NCBI RefSeq assembly: GCF_035594765.1 | Contig: NC_085846.1 | Location: forward strand, 108,239,190 to 108,303,189 | From: Anolis carolinensis | Taxonomy: Eukaryota | Length of the DNA stretch: 64,000 nt | Direction of reading: 5' to 3' | In this document: positions 36,672 through 48,783 of the stretch, in pieces | How positions within the stretch are numbered: position 1 is the first letter of the stretch | How the letters are laid out: each line of letters starts with the position of its first letter | Program-made: the position numbers and the translations under genes | Notes under the pieces: model-generated | What the model saw: the letters and a program-made list of their open reading frames with translations, nothing else | What the model was told of the DNA's origin: nothing | Databases searched by the model: none

Positions 36672-36815
36672 TCAGGCCTGAGCTGAGGCGAGGCAGCGGC
36701 GGCCATTTTCCCCCTCCGTCTTCCTCCTCCTCCTCGGCCTCCTTCCCCCTCGCCCCCTCCCATTGGCTGAGCCCGTGACGCCCCTTTTGCTGAGGGGCAA
36801 AAGGAAAGGGCCTGA
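36672..36815 (-). promoter_or_regulatory. GC/CpG-rich promoter-like cargo
   Basis: Minus strand: cgtcac (CRE half-site), cagccaatgg (CCAAT box), purine-rich G tract, aaaATGGCCGCCGC (YY1 motif overlapping a possible start codon, MAAAAS). Confidence 0.45.
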
Positions 36816-37184
36816 ATGGTGGGAGTTTGGGTGATTTGCAAAAGCTTTTTTTTCCTAACGAAAAAAACGATGACATAACGAAAAACGGCCTCTCGCGATT
36901 CGAAACCGCGATATCCAGACGTGTGGACAACCAATGCCGTATATTGCTTCAAAACAAACGAAAATAACGAATTAATAACGGTTAACGGGGAAAACGAATT
37001 ATTTGAGCAAGCCTAGTATATATACCCTAGGGTAACCCTATATAACACGATTTTCTCGGCAATTGTTACAATTGTATTGTTTACATCACTGCATGACAAT
37101 CTAGAGCTCTCCAGATCACCATATGTTGCCACTGAATATATTTTAGCTAGGACACATGGCAGAGTTATGCCTGGCTACCTCGAG

Positions 37185-37310
37185 AACACCAGATCCCATC
37201 GGAGAGTAGAAACTAACTAGGATCAGCTCTGATTAATACTTGGATGAGAGACCACCAAGAGAAATCAACAGCTGTCAGCTATATTTCAGAAGAAGGAGCG
37301 GGCAAAACAG
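37185..37310 (+). mobile_element. 5S rRNA-derived SINE3 fragment
   Basis: 5S-like tacttggatgagagaccacc followed by ctatatttcagaagaagga..ggcaaaac. Confidence 0.7.
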
Positions 37311-37339
37311 TATTACATATGCATACCCCAGCATAGTAG

Positions 37340-37685
37340 CCAAATAGGCTGAAATATCCTAAAGCAGTGGTTCTCAACCTGTGGGTCCCCAGATGTTTTG
37401 GCCTTCAACTCCCAAAATTCCTAACAGCTGGTAAACTGGCTGGGGTTTCTGGGAGTTGTAGGCCAAAAAGCATCTGGAGACCCACAGGTTGAGAACCACT
37501 GCCTTAAAGTAACCAGATCCCATGTGATCTTGGAAGATTAGCAGGATCAACCCTGGCTAGTACTTCAGCGGGTGACCACCAATGAATACAAGGTGCTATA
37601 TTTGAGAGGAAGGAACTAGCAAAACCACACCTGAAAGAAAGAAAACCCTATTCAATTGATGAGGTTGTAACAGGAATTGAAGAAA
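37340..37685 (+). mobile_element. 5S rRNA-derived SINE3 interrupted by a hAT MITE
   Basis: tgatcttggaagattagcagg.tca.ccctggctagtactt (5S internal control region) ... aagaaaacccta. Confidence 0.75.
37365..37501. mobile_element. hAT palindromic MITE
   Basis: TIR cagtggttctcaacctgtgggtc / gacccacaggttgagaaccactg; TSD tcctaaag/ccttaaag. Confidence 0.93.
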
Positions 37686-37700
37686 TGTACATAGACAGAC

Positions 37701-37869
37701 GCTCTATGGTAATGGCGCTCCATGCAGTCATGCCGGCCACATGACCTTGGAGATGTCTACGGACAATGCTGGCTCTTCGGCTTAGAAATGGAGATGAGCA
37801 CCAACCCCCAGACTGGACTTAATGTCACGACTGGACTTAACGTCAGGGGAAAACCTTTACCTTTACTTT
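37701..37869 (+). mobile_element. 5'-truncated Sauria SINE
   Basis: (ACCTTT)n tail; 13-bp TSD tacatagacagac (37688-37700 and 37870-37882). Confidence 0.93.
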
Positions 37870-38143
37870 TACATAGACAGACACATGGGAGACAAAGCTC
37901 AGCAACTTTTAGTAGGCCACAGGTTTTCCATCCTGACTGAAATGATTTTTCAGATTTCCAGGATTTTAATAGTGTGTGGGCAAAGTGAATAAAAAAAACT
38001 TCAACAATTGCAATAAAACTAAGTGCTGAGGAGCAAGAGAACAAAGGCTCAGCAAGAAGCTAAGAAAGGTGGAGTCATATAGATCAGTGTAAGAACATTG
38101 AAGTGAAGTCCCATGTACAATTCAATGTATCCCATTTTAAATA

Positions 38144-38464
38144 CAGTAGAGTCTCACTTATCCAACATAAACGTTGGATAAGCGAATATGTTGGATAATA
38201 AGGAGAGATTAAGGAGAGATTAAGAAAAAGCCTATTAAACATCAAAATAGGTTATGATTTTACAAATTAAGCACCAAAACATCATGTTAGACAACAAATT
38301 TGACAGAAAAAGTAGTTCATTACACATTAATGCTATGTAGTAATTACTGTATTTACGAATTTAGCACCGAAATATCACAATGTGTTGAAAACATTGACAA
38401 CAAAAATGCGTTGGATAATCCAGAACATTGGATAAGTGAGTGTTGGATTAGTGAGACTCTACTG
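38144..38464. mobile_element. Tc1/mariner-superfamily MITE
   Basis: TIR cagtagagtctcacttatccaac, TA TSD. Confidence 0.93.
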
Positions 38465-39349
38465 TATAGAGTTAGCCTGTTAGACCTAAAAAGTCTAGCT
38501 CAAGAAGACACAGAACTTGGGATCTTTTAGCTTGCACTACCCTAAAATAGATTATTATGCCTATTTAGAAGTGTAAGCCTAAATGAGTTGGAGCACCATT
38601 GAAATACTGCTGAATAGACTGCTCTTCTTCAGAAGAGAAATTTGTCCTGCTGTCATTGTTGAGATGGTGCCCAGATGGATTGATGGCTCGATTGATTCAA
38701 CTGAAGAATGGTGTCTCATCTCATAAGTACCCCAAACATATAGGGTATTTAAAGTGAAAATTGTCATAGCCACCGGCATTGTTTTAAGTAAAGGATTCTC
38801 TTTCTTGCTTTTCAAAATATAGCCCTAACACAATGGAAAATTGTGCTCACTATTCATGTGTAGGGTGAGCAAAGGAATGGATATAGTCATCAAACTGCCC
38901 CAACTAGCAGTTTGTGACAACGTCTCCACATCATTCCCATTTTCAGTACTGTTCAGCTTCTGCACGCAGAGCTGCAGTCCAACTAGATATGAAATTCATC
39001 TAAGAAGTGACAAAATACCATTACAAAAGGCCTTCATGTTAGGTTGCTACAGTTCATCATATTTTCACTTAAGGATCCATTCAAGTTGAATTTAGAAGGT
39101 TGAAACACTGAGGCACCTTCCCAGGTGTAAGTTCATGGATTTTGAGAACATTAAAAATGCAAGACCCAATAAATCAATCATCAAAACATAATAAATGTAA
39201 CTATTGCTTTCTTTGCTCCTTAACTCACCATCCCAACAACCACCCATGTTTTTTCTTGCCACAGTCTCATTAAAAAGAAGACAGGATCAAAAAAAATGAT
39301 CAAAAGATTTTTAAAAAGGGGAATGGATGGAAGAAAAGAAAGGAGAAGC

Positions 39350-41350
39350 TTCAAACCTAAACAGAGGGAAAGAGGCTCGCCAGGTTGACTTCCACGCTGA
39401 AAATAATAGGTGGTGGGTTGTGTTTTTAAAGTTGAAAAGGTTTTAAAAGGTCATTATGCATTTAGTCGCCAAAGAGCAATATGAATTTCTAAGCAGCAAC
39501 ATCTGGAAGATCAAAAGAAATCATACTTCAATCAACATGAAAATATCTGCTCATTACACGCAATCATATTTAGCTATTAATAGACATTGGCTAGACACTG
39601 ACATTTTACACATTTCATCATATGATGCACCAGGGACACTTCTGGCATTTAGTTTATCATTTTCATCAGTGTCATGGAAAGAGTGACCGATCTGACCCAC
39701 AAAACCCTCCGACTGTCACTCATCCTAAGTGAATTTATCAACACATACAGGGTGGGAATACACAGGAGAGTTTTAACTGTTTGCATACAAAATCATTTCA
39801 TTCTTCACGCTTCAAAAAAGAGAGAGGCAGTGCCCTCGCTTTTGCATAATAAATAATAAGGGCCAGCTGACAATTACATAGGTGGAAATAGCCTGCAAAA
39901 TGATTGGAATTCAAATTTGTTGTGCAAATGTAACTGGCGGTGGCTGAAGTAATCAGCTGCAATGGGTTGATTTTTCCCTCCATTGTTAGAGGTTAACACA
40001 AAAGCTCTCCAGCTCATAATAGAAGCCGCCCGACTTCAACTGCAAATTGGCACACATCTCATTAGTATTTTCATTCTGTGACATCTCCTCTGATGGACTT
40101 AGATGCACAGGCTGGAAAAGATTAAAATTAATTGGACTGTTATATTTAAGGCATTAAAAAAATAGAAGACTTGGTGAAGGAACTTCTGGGAGGAGAAGTA
40201 GCTCTGACCCCAGCAGTCAAGAGGCATTGGGACCGCATTGGGCTTCTCTCTCCTTACGTGGCCCTGGTTGTGGCCCATCCCCTGGCTGTGGGGTTAAGCG
40301 GCTGCAATTAAAGGAACAACAACACCAATCCCTCCCTCACAACCCCTTGTTTTACCCATCACCATCCTAAAAAGAGGCCAAGAGGCATCTTCAGCCTGAA
40401 ATGGGATTTTATTTCTAATGATAGAAGATCGGATCACAATTTTATTTTTTGCTAATTAGACCCACCGCTGCATTTTCCGCAGTCACTCACTACATCCTTT
40501 GACGATGCCTTGCCAGAATTTATATTGCTTTAATAATTCTCTGGACAAATTTGCAGGGGATTTGGTTATGTTTTGTGACAGTTATAATGGGAACCTCATT
40601 CCGTGTTTCAGTTCCCGATGCCATCTTGATCGCTGAACCCAGCAGCTTTCAGAAAGAATGACTGTTTCAAAGGGATTATCCAGAAGCGGATGATAAGCAT
40701 GCATAATTCTTATTTGTTAAATAGAAATTAATACGCTGTTTACCCAGAGCTTTAAATAAAATAGGTGTGGGTTTGTTTTTGGTCGTAATTTGAACACTCT
40801 AGCACAAACAGTATCATGAATGCAATGATCTGGACATTATTTCTCTCTCTATGGATTTATTTTAAGATAATCGGTGGGTTTACAATGAAAGCTTTCAACA
40901 CATTAGCTTGTTAAATTCATTGTTGTTTATTTAAAAGGAGCTATACTTCCTGGAGTTCTCCAATCTAGATTCTCTCTTATTTTAAAACATTTTACAGAAT
41001 CACTCCAGCCCTATATTTCTTTGTCTCATACACCGTTTGGTTTCATAACATCTGCATTGGTTATATTTAATTTCTCCAAGGGATACATTTATGTTATGAA
41101 TTTCCTAATGTTTAAAACAGCTTGCAGTGTTTCTTAAGTACTAATTCAACATTGGTGACAGGCGAAAGAAATTCATACTTTATCCTTGCACCATGTCTAC
41201 TTCTTACTGGTTTTTACCATTAATGCAGTAAGCTGAATTAAGGTTGATGCTGATCTGGAAAAGAGTTATAATATGACCTCCTTCCATATTATCACAAATT
41301 TCTAAGCAAGCATTAGCAAGCGCGATGTGATCTGTTCATAACCACAGAGC
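39350..41350. promoter_or_regulatory. Repeat-free block, candidate conserved non-coding elements/enhancer
   Basis: About 2 kb with no recognisable TE in a TE-dense region; many TAAT/ATTA, TGACA, CAGCTG and CATTGT motifs; conservation not testable here. Confidence 0.4.
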
Positions 41351-42497
41351 CCTGGATTCAAGCAGATGTCTTACTCAATATGTGGTTGGAGAACTTAAAA
41401 GCAAACAGTTGACACAACACATATATGAATTGATTAAAAGTGGTATGTGGATAAATGTCTTTAAATATCAAGGTCATTTCATTTGTTTATGAAGAACTTG
41501 GCAAATTTCAGAAAGTTTTTAATATGAATCATACTGAATATTCTTTTGTGATGAGTACAAGAGGCAATACGTGATGAAAATACACTATTTGCCACAATTT
41601 GTCTATATAAGCAAGTGAAGACATGGAAAAGAAAACAATGGAGGAGCTATGCTTCTCTTTGACCCCAACCATGGTCTGTTCATCTCCACCTGAAAATGCT
41701 ATGAAACACTATACAAAGTCCAAAGTTAACACAGTGTAAAGATAGTTGTATTAATGGACAGTGTCTAAAATATTTTCCAAGATCCCATTTTATGGTAATG
41801 TTGTTTAATAATTAATTTTGTTAATCTTAGGCTTAGACTTCAATTTCCTTCAGGTTTGCTTCAAAGTGGCAACTCTTGTTATTTAAAGGCGCATTAGAGT
41901 GGGTTGAGGCATGGAACATTTTTAATGAACTTACCATAATTGAATGCACAAACTCAAACCGCGCAGTCTGAGAAAAATAAGAAACACAGCAATTACCAAA
42001 CCAATCATAAACATTGCTTGATGTCAGAAAATGCAATTTCTAGCCTTACAATGGGGCCATGAATTACTAGAGGTGGTAGCTAAGATCTGTCTTGGGGAGA
42101 GGGTGGGATGGAAGGAGCAGCTGAACAAAGGCTTGGCACATTAAAGACCTTTTGGAATCCAAAAGGAATAAGGAAACCACAAAAGTAATGCTTGGAGTTT
42201 TGTTCACCTAATTAAGGCCAACTTCACATATCCTAAGAGGCTTTTTTGTAATGCAATTCCATGCAGCTATAATATGTATGTGGGGCTGGGGAGATATGAG
42301 AGGGAATGGAAGAAAGAGAAAATGACATGACAATAGAATTAAACTCCACGACAAACTAGTTTTGCAGGCCTATTGAATATCTCAAACAACATACATAACT
42401 ACTTTGCAAGATTGAAATCATTACCATTTGATGTAAACACATCTGGAGATTGGTAGGTACTGACAACAGTACCTACCAATCAGAGCCAAAGAACATA

Positions 42498-43351
42498 CTG
42501 TATATACTCAAGTATAAGCCAACCCAAATATAAGCCAAGGCACCTAATTTTAACACCAAAAACTGGGAAAACTTATTGACTCGAGTATAAGATGAGGGTG
42601 GGAAATGCAGCAGCTAATGGTAAATTCCAAAAATTAAAATAGATACCAATAAAATTGCATTAATTGAGGCATCAGTAGGTTAAATGTTTCTGAATATTTA
42701 CATAAAACTGTAATTTAAGATAATAATAATAATCTATATATATAGAAGAGTGATGGCATCATGGCGACCCACAAAACAACAAAACTACAGGCCCCCCAAC
42801 CTCGAAATTTGACAACACAACCCATCATCCACGCCTCTAGGTTGATACAACAAAAAGAAAAGAAAAATAAAGTCCTAATTTGAGAGAGAGGAATAATTGC
42901 TTTTATCCAATTGCTGCCAGTTAGAAGGCTAAGCTCCTCCAACTTGGTCTCCTAGCAACCCAATAAAAATAATTTTAAAAACCCTAAAAATTAATACAAT
43001 AAAATACTATAATAACAGAAAATAACTAAAAATAATACAAGAAAATAATAAAATATAATAAATAAAAATATAACTTACAATAAAATTAATAAAAAAATGC
43101 AAATAATGTCAAATAAAAATTACACAACAATTTTTAACCAATACCACCACCACTTTGCCACAGCAACGCGTGGCCGGGCACAGCTAGTACTTTAATAAAA
43201 TAAGACTGTCTAACTCTGATTACCTATATACTCAAGTATAAGCTAACCCAAATATAAGCTAGTCAGGACCCTCACTCGAGTATAAGCCGAGGGGGGCTTT
43301 TTCATCCCTAAAAAGGGCTGAAAAACTCAGCTTATACTCAAGTATATATGG
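42498..43351. mobile_element. Tc2/pogo-like MITE interrupted by a Helitron
   Basis: TIR ctgtatatactcaagtataagc / gcttatactcaagtatatatgg, TA TSD; uninterrupted paralogue at 51462. Confidence 0.9.
42733..43187 (+). mobile_element. Non-autonomous Helitron
   Basis: 5' TC (tctatatatat), subterminal hairpin gccacagcaacgcgtggc, 3' CTAG, inserted between A and T with no TSD. Confidence 0.93.
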
Positions 43352-43390
43352 TAACTAACATCAGTGCTAGTCCAACCTACAATAAGCCCA

Positions 43391-43818
43391 TTGTTGTGTA
43401 TCTTCAAATCATTTTGGAGATATGGTGACCTTACAATGACTCTATTGTAGGATCTTCTAAGCAAAATTTTTCAGATAGAGTTATTAACTGCCTTTCACTG
43501 AGACTGATAGTGCATCTACAATGTAGCTTTGATGCAGTTTCACATCACTTTAACTGTCATTGTTCATTGCTATGGAAACATGGGAGTTGTACAAAGTTGT
43601 TTGCCCTTTCTGCCACAGAGTGTTGGTGCCTCACTGAATTACAACTCCAATGATTCCATAGCACTGAGGCATGGCAGTTAAAGCGGTGTCAAACTGCATG
43701 AATTCTACAGTATAGATGCACCCTGAGGAGTTTAAGTTGCCTAGGATCAAGCATTGCGTTCCCATGGCCAAGCAAGGATTCAAATCCTGCTCTCCCACTG
43801 TCCTAGTCCAACACTCAA
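43391..43818 (-). mobile_element. CORE-type SINE interrupted by a Harbinger-like MITE
   Basis: Tail ttgttgtgtatcttcaaatc at left, head ...tcctagtccaacactcaaa at right. Confidence 0.65.
43508..43723. mobile_element. PIF/Harbinger-like palindromic MITE
   Basis: TIR gtgcatctaca.tgtag / ctacagtatagatgcaccc; 3-bp flanking duplication tga. Confidence 0.82.
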
Positions 43819-44198
43819 ATCAAATCACTAATCCATTTCTCCAATCCTATTAGTCAGAACTAATTAAAATTTCAATCATTTCAATGAGATTTGCTACTCC
43901 AGCTAGAATTAATGCTAGATTGTAGTAGACGGGTAATTGGATCAAGGCTTGGGACACGCAGATTCAAAGTTTACCCATTCAGCCCAGATGCTTTCTATTT
44001 AAAAAAAACAAACAGTATTTTATTGTAAAAATATAAGTTGATGACATTAAAACACAAGCATCTATCATAAAATAACCCACATTGTTTATTTCACATTATT
44101 CATTATGGGTTATGTTTATAAAGTTGAATTTTCTCTGGATATATAATCCTTTTTACAGCTACCAATGGGTCAGTTTTCAGCTATTTTCCTTATCTAGC

Positions 44199-44338
44199 TA
44201 TTGTTGTCATGTGCCTTTTAACTGTTTCCAATTAATGGTGATCCTAAGGCAAACCTATCATGGGATTTTCTGGAGCTGAGAGAGGGTCATTCATTCAATA
44301 GGTTTCCATGGCTGAGAAGAGCATCAAACCCTGGGTTA
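44199..44338 (-). mobile_element. CORE-type SINE fragment
   Basis: ttgttgtcatgtgcctttaactg...cctaaggcaaacctatcatgggattttct. Confidence 0.65.
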
Positions 44339-44343
44339 AACCA

Positions 44344-44590
44344 TGTAGTGGTGCAATGGGTTAAACCCTTGTGCCGGCTTAACTGCTGACCTGAAGGTTG
44401 GCAGTTTGAATCCATAAGACGAGGTGAGCTCCAGTCTGTCAGCCCTAGCTTCCCATGCAGGGACATGAGAGAAGACTCCCAGCAGGATAGTAACACATCC
44501 GGGTGTCCCTTGGGCAACGTCCTTGTGGACAACCGATTCTCTCACACTAGAAGCAACTTGTAGTATGTTCACTTCTGACACAATTAAAAA
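44344..44590 (+). mobile_element. tRNA SINE with Vingi-like tail
   Basis: Colinear with 33752-34155. Confidence 0.85.
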
Positions 44591-45321
44591 GTGCTTTCTA
44601 AGAAGGAATTCTCCTTGAACATCTCCTATAACAAACCAGTCATTCCTCTGTTTGACAGGGGAGACAAACCATCTATTCCCCATTTACTCTCTTTTTATTT
44701 TCCAGTGTTGTGCTGTAACTATGCTAGCTGCTTCTAATAATAGTAATAATAAAACTAGGTCTTTGTGTGACAACAGCTTTTCTGTATCATTCAAAATAGA
44801 CAGAAGGGCTATCCATGGGGTGCTCTGAACTGTCTGCTGTCTTATTTGGGCTACATGTTTGAAAATAGCAGTCCAAAATACCAATATATTTGCAGGCCCA
44901 CCACCTGTGGAACAATCTGCCTCTGACTTCATCATTTCTCCTGCTGTTTGGGGAAAGATTTGTGCTTATGTGATTTAGTCTCATATGCTTTTCTAAATGT
45001 GAGAATATAAAGGCAACTATCTGATATTCAAAAATAATTTACTTTTTTCTTCACCATATGATTTTGAAATTGATAATTTCAAGTTCTATTACTCGAAGGC
45101 AAAAATAGCAGCATTTTTATAATCCACCAGAGTTCTGTAAATATATAGCCTAAGGTTCGACATCATGCTTGTGCATGTAAATCTACATTCACATAGCAAC
45201 CCAGAGATTTTGCTATACTACCCTTATGCAGCCAGTTGTGTGCCAACTGCCACTGTGCCTCCTTATTGCCCCATTGTGATGGAGAATGCATAGTAGTTGC
45301 TTCTACTATGCATTCTCCATA

Positions 45322-45787
45322 GCTGTGGCACAGCTGGCTAGGAAACAGCTGCAATAAATCACTACTGACCAAGAGGTCATGAGTTCGAAGCCCGGGTCGG
45401 GTTAAGCCCCCAACCATTAAATAGCCCGGCTTGCTGTTGACCTATTCAGCCCCGAAAGACAGTTGCATCTGTCAAGTAGGGAAATTTAGGTACGCTTTAT
45501 GCGGGAGGTTAATTTAACTAATTTACAACATCATAAAACTGCCAGCAAAACACGAGGAAAGGAATGAGGAAGTACAGCCACTAGTGGACAGTGAAGCAAC
45601 AGCTGCCCCTGTGGCCGGAATCGTGAAGCTGGAAAAAAAATATGTTAAATGCCTCTGTGTCTGTCTATATATGTTGTTTGTCTGTTGGCACTGAATGTTT
45701 GCCATATATGTGTTCATTGTAATCCGCCCTGAGTCCCCTTCAGGGTGAGAAGGGCGGAATATAAATACTGTAAATAAATAAATAAAT
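45322..45787 (+). mobile_element. L2-tailed tRNA SINE, long form (Anolis SINE2-like)
   Basis: B box gagttcgaagcc, L2-type terminal stem-loop, (TAAA)n tail. Confidence 0.9.
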
Positions 45788-46870
45788 TCTCAGTGAAGGA
45801 AGCAGTACATTTAAGGCATTCATTCATAGTTATCACCCACTATTCCCCATCCAAAAAAGTGCAACTGGAATCCTATTGGTATCTCTCAACTAGAGTAGAC
45901 TCAATCAATCCTTAAATGTTAGTCAATATGGAATAGAGCGAGTTTGTTCATTGGCTCTACTCTAGTTCAGACTAACAGAGTTAAAATTGTAGAGTTCAAC
46001 CCATGCCACTATGAGTTGAATATATCTACTTCATAATGTCTACAAAAGTACAACCAGACATATGGTATATGACACCATCAGGATTCTAGGGCCACGTTAA
46101 TCTCAAAACTTTAACCTCAAGTGAGAACCACATCTGCTCAGGGTTAACATTTTGTAGGTTGCATGCTGATGCAGGATAATGTCAGAATTAACTCACCTGC
46201 TCTCATTTAAAGTACTACCACTGCCCCCATGGCCCTTTACTCTGTATATCCCTCTCTTCTGATTCTTGAAATGGTGACGATCCTAATTTTAGATTATTAC
46301 TATTCTTACACTCTAACACGCACTTTCTCACATACACACACATACATAGATGCAGACAAAACTGTCCCAATGCAGACTGACAGATATCTTCTCTTTTTGG
46401 TTTTATAGATGTATCTCCATTCTCACACACACGCCATTCGGACAAATCCATCCAGAAGGGAGGCAGTCAGCAGTTTCCATGTCAGTAGGGTAATCAATCC
46501 ATGTTGAGATCTGTATGTGTAAAGGATCTATCAAAGATGCTGAACCCAATTTTTCAAACGGTTTCAGGACCTTGGATAGCTCCTTTATCATTCAGGCTGA
46601 TGCCCTGTTAGCGATATAGGCATCCATACATTATGCTATATATACAAGGTAAATTATTCACTATAGCACAACAAATATATTCAGATGATAGTGGTGGAAA
46701 CAGTTTAGCGTAAAGCAATATGTGCATTGAGGCTGCACACTGTGCATTATAATTGCAGGTATACACTATGAATTGCCTTTGTGCCTTGCACAAGAGCACC
46801 CAGCTATTGATATGTATTGTAGAACATTGCTATTAGAAATAGGGCAGGCATCATATATCTCCACTATTTG

Positions 46871-47090
46871 AGAGCTAGCATGGTTACTGGTTTGAGTGTT
46901 GGACTCTAGGAGATCACAGCTCAAATCCCTATTCAACCATGAAAACCTACTGGGTGACCTTGGGTAACCTTGGCCTAGTTCCCGCTTAACTTCAAAGGAA
47001 AACAATGGCAAACAATGGCAAAATTATGTGATAGGTTTAACCTAAGGTCACTGTGAATCAAAAACAACTTGAAGACACCAAACAACAAAA
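46871..47090 (+). mobile_element. CORE-type SINE with RTE-like tail
   Basis: gagctagcatgg...ctgggtgaccttggg...acttgaagacaccaaacaacaa. Confidence 0.8.
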
Positions 47091-47161
47091 TGTATCTCCA
47101 TACATAAGAGAGGTTCTTCCTCTCTTCTGCGGTCTTTTAAAGAGACCTACTGGTGTATACA

Positions 47162-47218
<57 letters not shown>

Positions 47219-47431
47219 GTGTCTTCAAGCCATTTCCAATCTATGGTGACACTAATGCAAACCTATCAAGGATTTTCTTGGCAAAGATATTTGCCATTGC
47301 CTTCCTCTGAGGCTGAGAGAGTGTGACTTGCCTCTAAGGTCACCCAATGCATTTTCATGGCTAAGCTTGGACTCAAATTTTGGTCTCCGGAATCCTAGGA
47401 TATTTATCAAACCACAACTCCATCCTGGCTT
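47162..47431 (-). mobile_element. CORE-type SINE whose tail is expanded to a long (CAA)n microsatellite
   Basis: (TTG)n at about 47164-47217 continuous with tgtgtcttcaag...; tail-to-tail with the copy at 46871. Confidence 0.85.
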
Positions 47432-48024
47432 CCGGTCAGTAACTACAGCACGTTTATTTTCTACTTCTGTCTTAAGAGATTCCTTTCTTTCTTTTCAAGT
47501 ATAGACATAATTGAAATGGAATAAAAATGCCCACCTAATTGTGCAGAAGCACATTAATCACTTAATTCAATTCTATTCTATTAGTTTCAACAGGATAAAA
47601 ATGTAATCTGACAGTCTAGGAAACCACAGATACTTACAGATATATCAAGCATTGTGATAACGTCTAGTTCTGTATTTCTGTAAATATTAGCATCAAATGA
47701 CTGACGCCAATATTTATGCTTAGTTGGATCCTGTACTTTTTCTTCTTTTTTGAAAAAGAGAAAATTGGATTGTTTTAATATATCAAACAGACTTCAGGGT
47801 GAAAAAAAAATCCCCATTATGGTGTTTGATAAATATTAGCGGGTTTTATTAAAAGCAAACACAGATACATTTGTAGAAAGATGAGTAGCTTGCTAATCTG
47901 GGAGTGTGAAATTTGCTTTGTGATGGAGCTTAATCAGCTCACATCCACAAAACAAAACCAGCCTGACCAGGGCCACAGTCATTCTGTGACATTTTGCCAC
48001 CTGAAATGGAACAGCAAATCCATA

Positions 48025-48330
48025 CAAATCTGAGTTGGAAAAGATCCCAAGAGCCATTTGGTTCAACACAAGCCACAGCTTAAAGCCATCCTGATAAATA
48101 GCCATCCAAAATATTTAAAACTACTAAACAAAAGGAATTAACACTAATTTCCGAGGCACTCTATTCAACAGTATTAAAAAATCTTAATATCCAGACGTTT
48201 TTGCTAATGTTTAGGTGGAATTTCTTGTCATATAATACAAATCCATTGATTTGTGTTATAGTCTTTCATACAGAAGATAACAAGTTTGTTCCATTCTCCT
48301 TTCAGAGATTTAAAGATGGTTTAATCCGAT
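48025..48330 (-). mobile_element. Old CR1 3' fragment
   Basis: gagttggaaaagatcccaagagccatt...gccatcc...ctaatgtttaggtggaat. Confidence 0.7.
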
Positions 48331-48783
48331 CCTAGGCATCAAAATTGTACCGACGAGTCAAGACAGGTGGCAAAACCTCTCCAACAGAGAATTCAAAGTC
48401 CCTTCCCAACCTACAAATCTCACAATTAACTGGGATCATGACACATACAATGGCATCAGATGGCATCATTGATATCCTTTAGGTTCCACTGAATTTGACT
48501 GAGGGCTAAAGGTTGTATGTATAATGGTAAATTTAGTGCATTTCCATAGTGATCTTATAGCCCTAAAATCATGTAAGAGGTTCCTTAGGGCATCACATTC
48601 AACTCTCTATTCAATGTAGGAACTTTAGGCAAGAGTATCCCTAGAGGATAACTACCTAGTATTGTTTTGAAGAAGTCCAGAGAAAGAGATACCATCTACT
48701 CTCTAGCTAATTGGTTCTATTACCAAACTGCTCTTACCATCAAGATAAGATATTTTAAGGTTGAAAGCTCAAATCACATTTTA

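Larger units (their letters stand above)
35175..37015. mobile_element. Composite non-autonomous hAT element (1841 bp) carrying captured sequence
   Basis: TIRs TAGGCTTG / CAAGCCTA; perfect 8-bp TSD gtatatat (35167-35174 and 37016-37023); CpG-rich subterminal AACGAA/TTCGTT arrays at both ends; inserted in the tail of a CORE-type SINE (35129-35166, 37024-37062). Confidence 0.92.

Noticed and set aside
37185-37685. 5S rRNA genes
   Set aside because: Diverged 5S-like heads fused to SINE bodies, one interrupted by a MITE.
36049-47310. Poly-Ile ORF (36049) and poly-Leu ORF (47053)
   Set aside because: Translations of (TAA)n and (TTG)n microsatellites.
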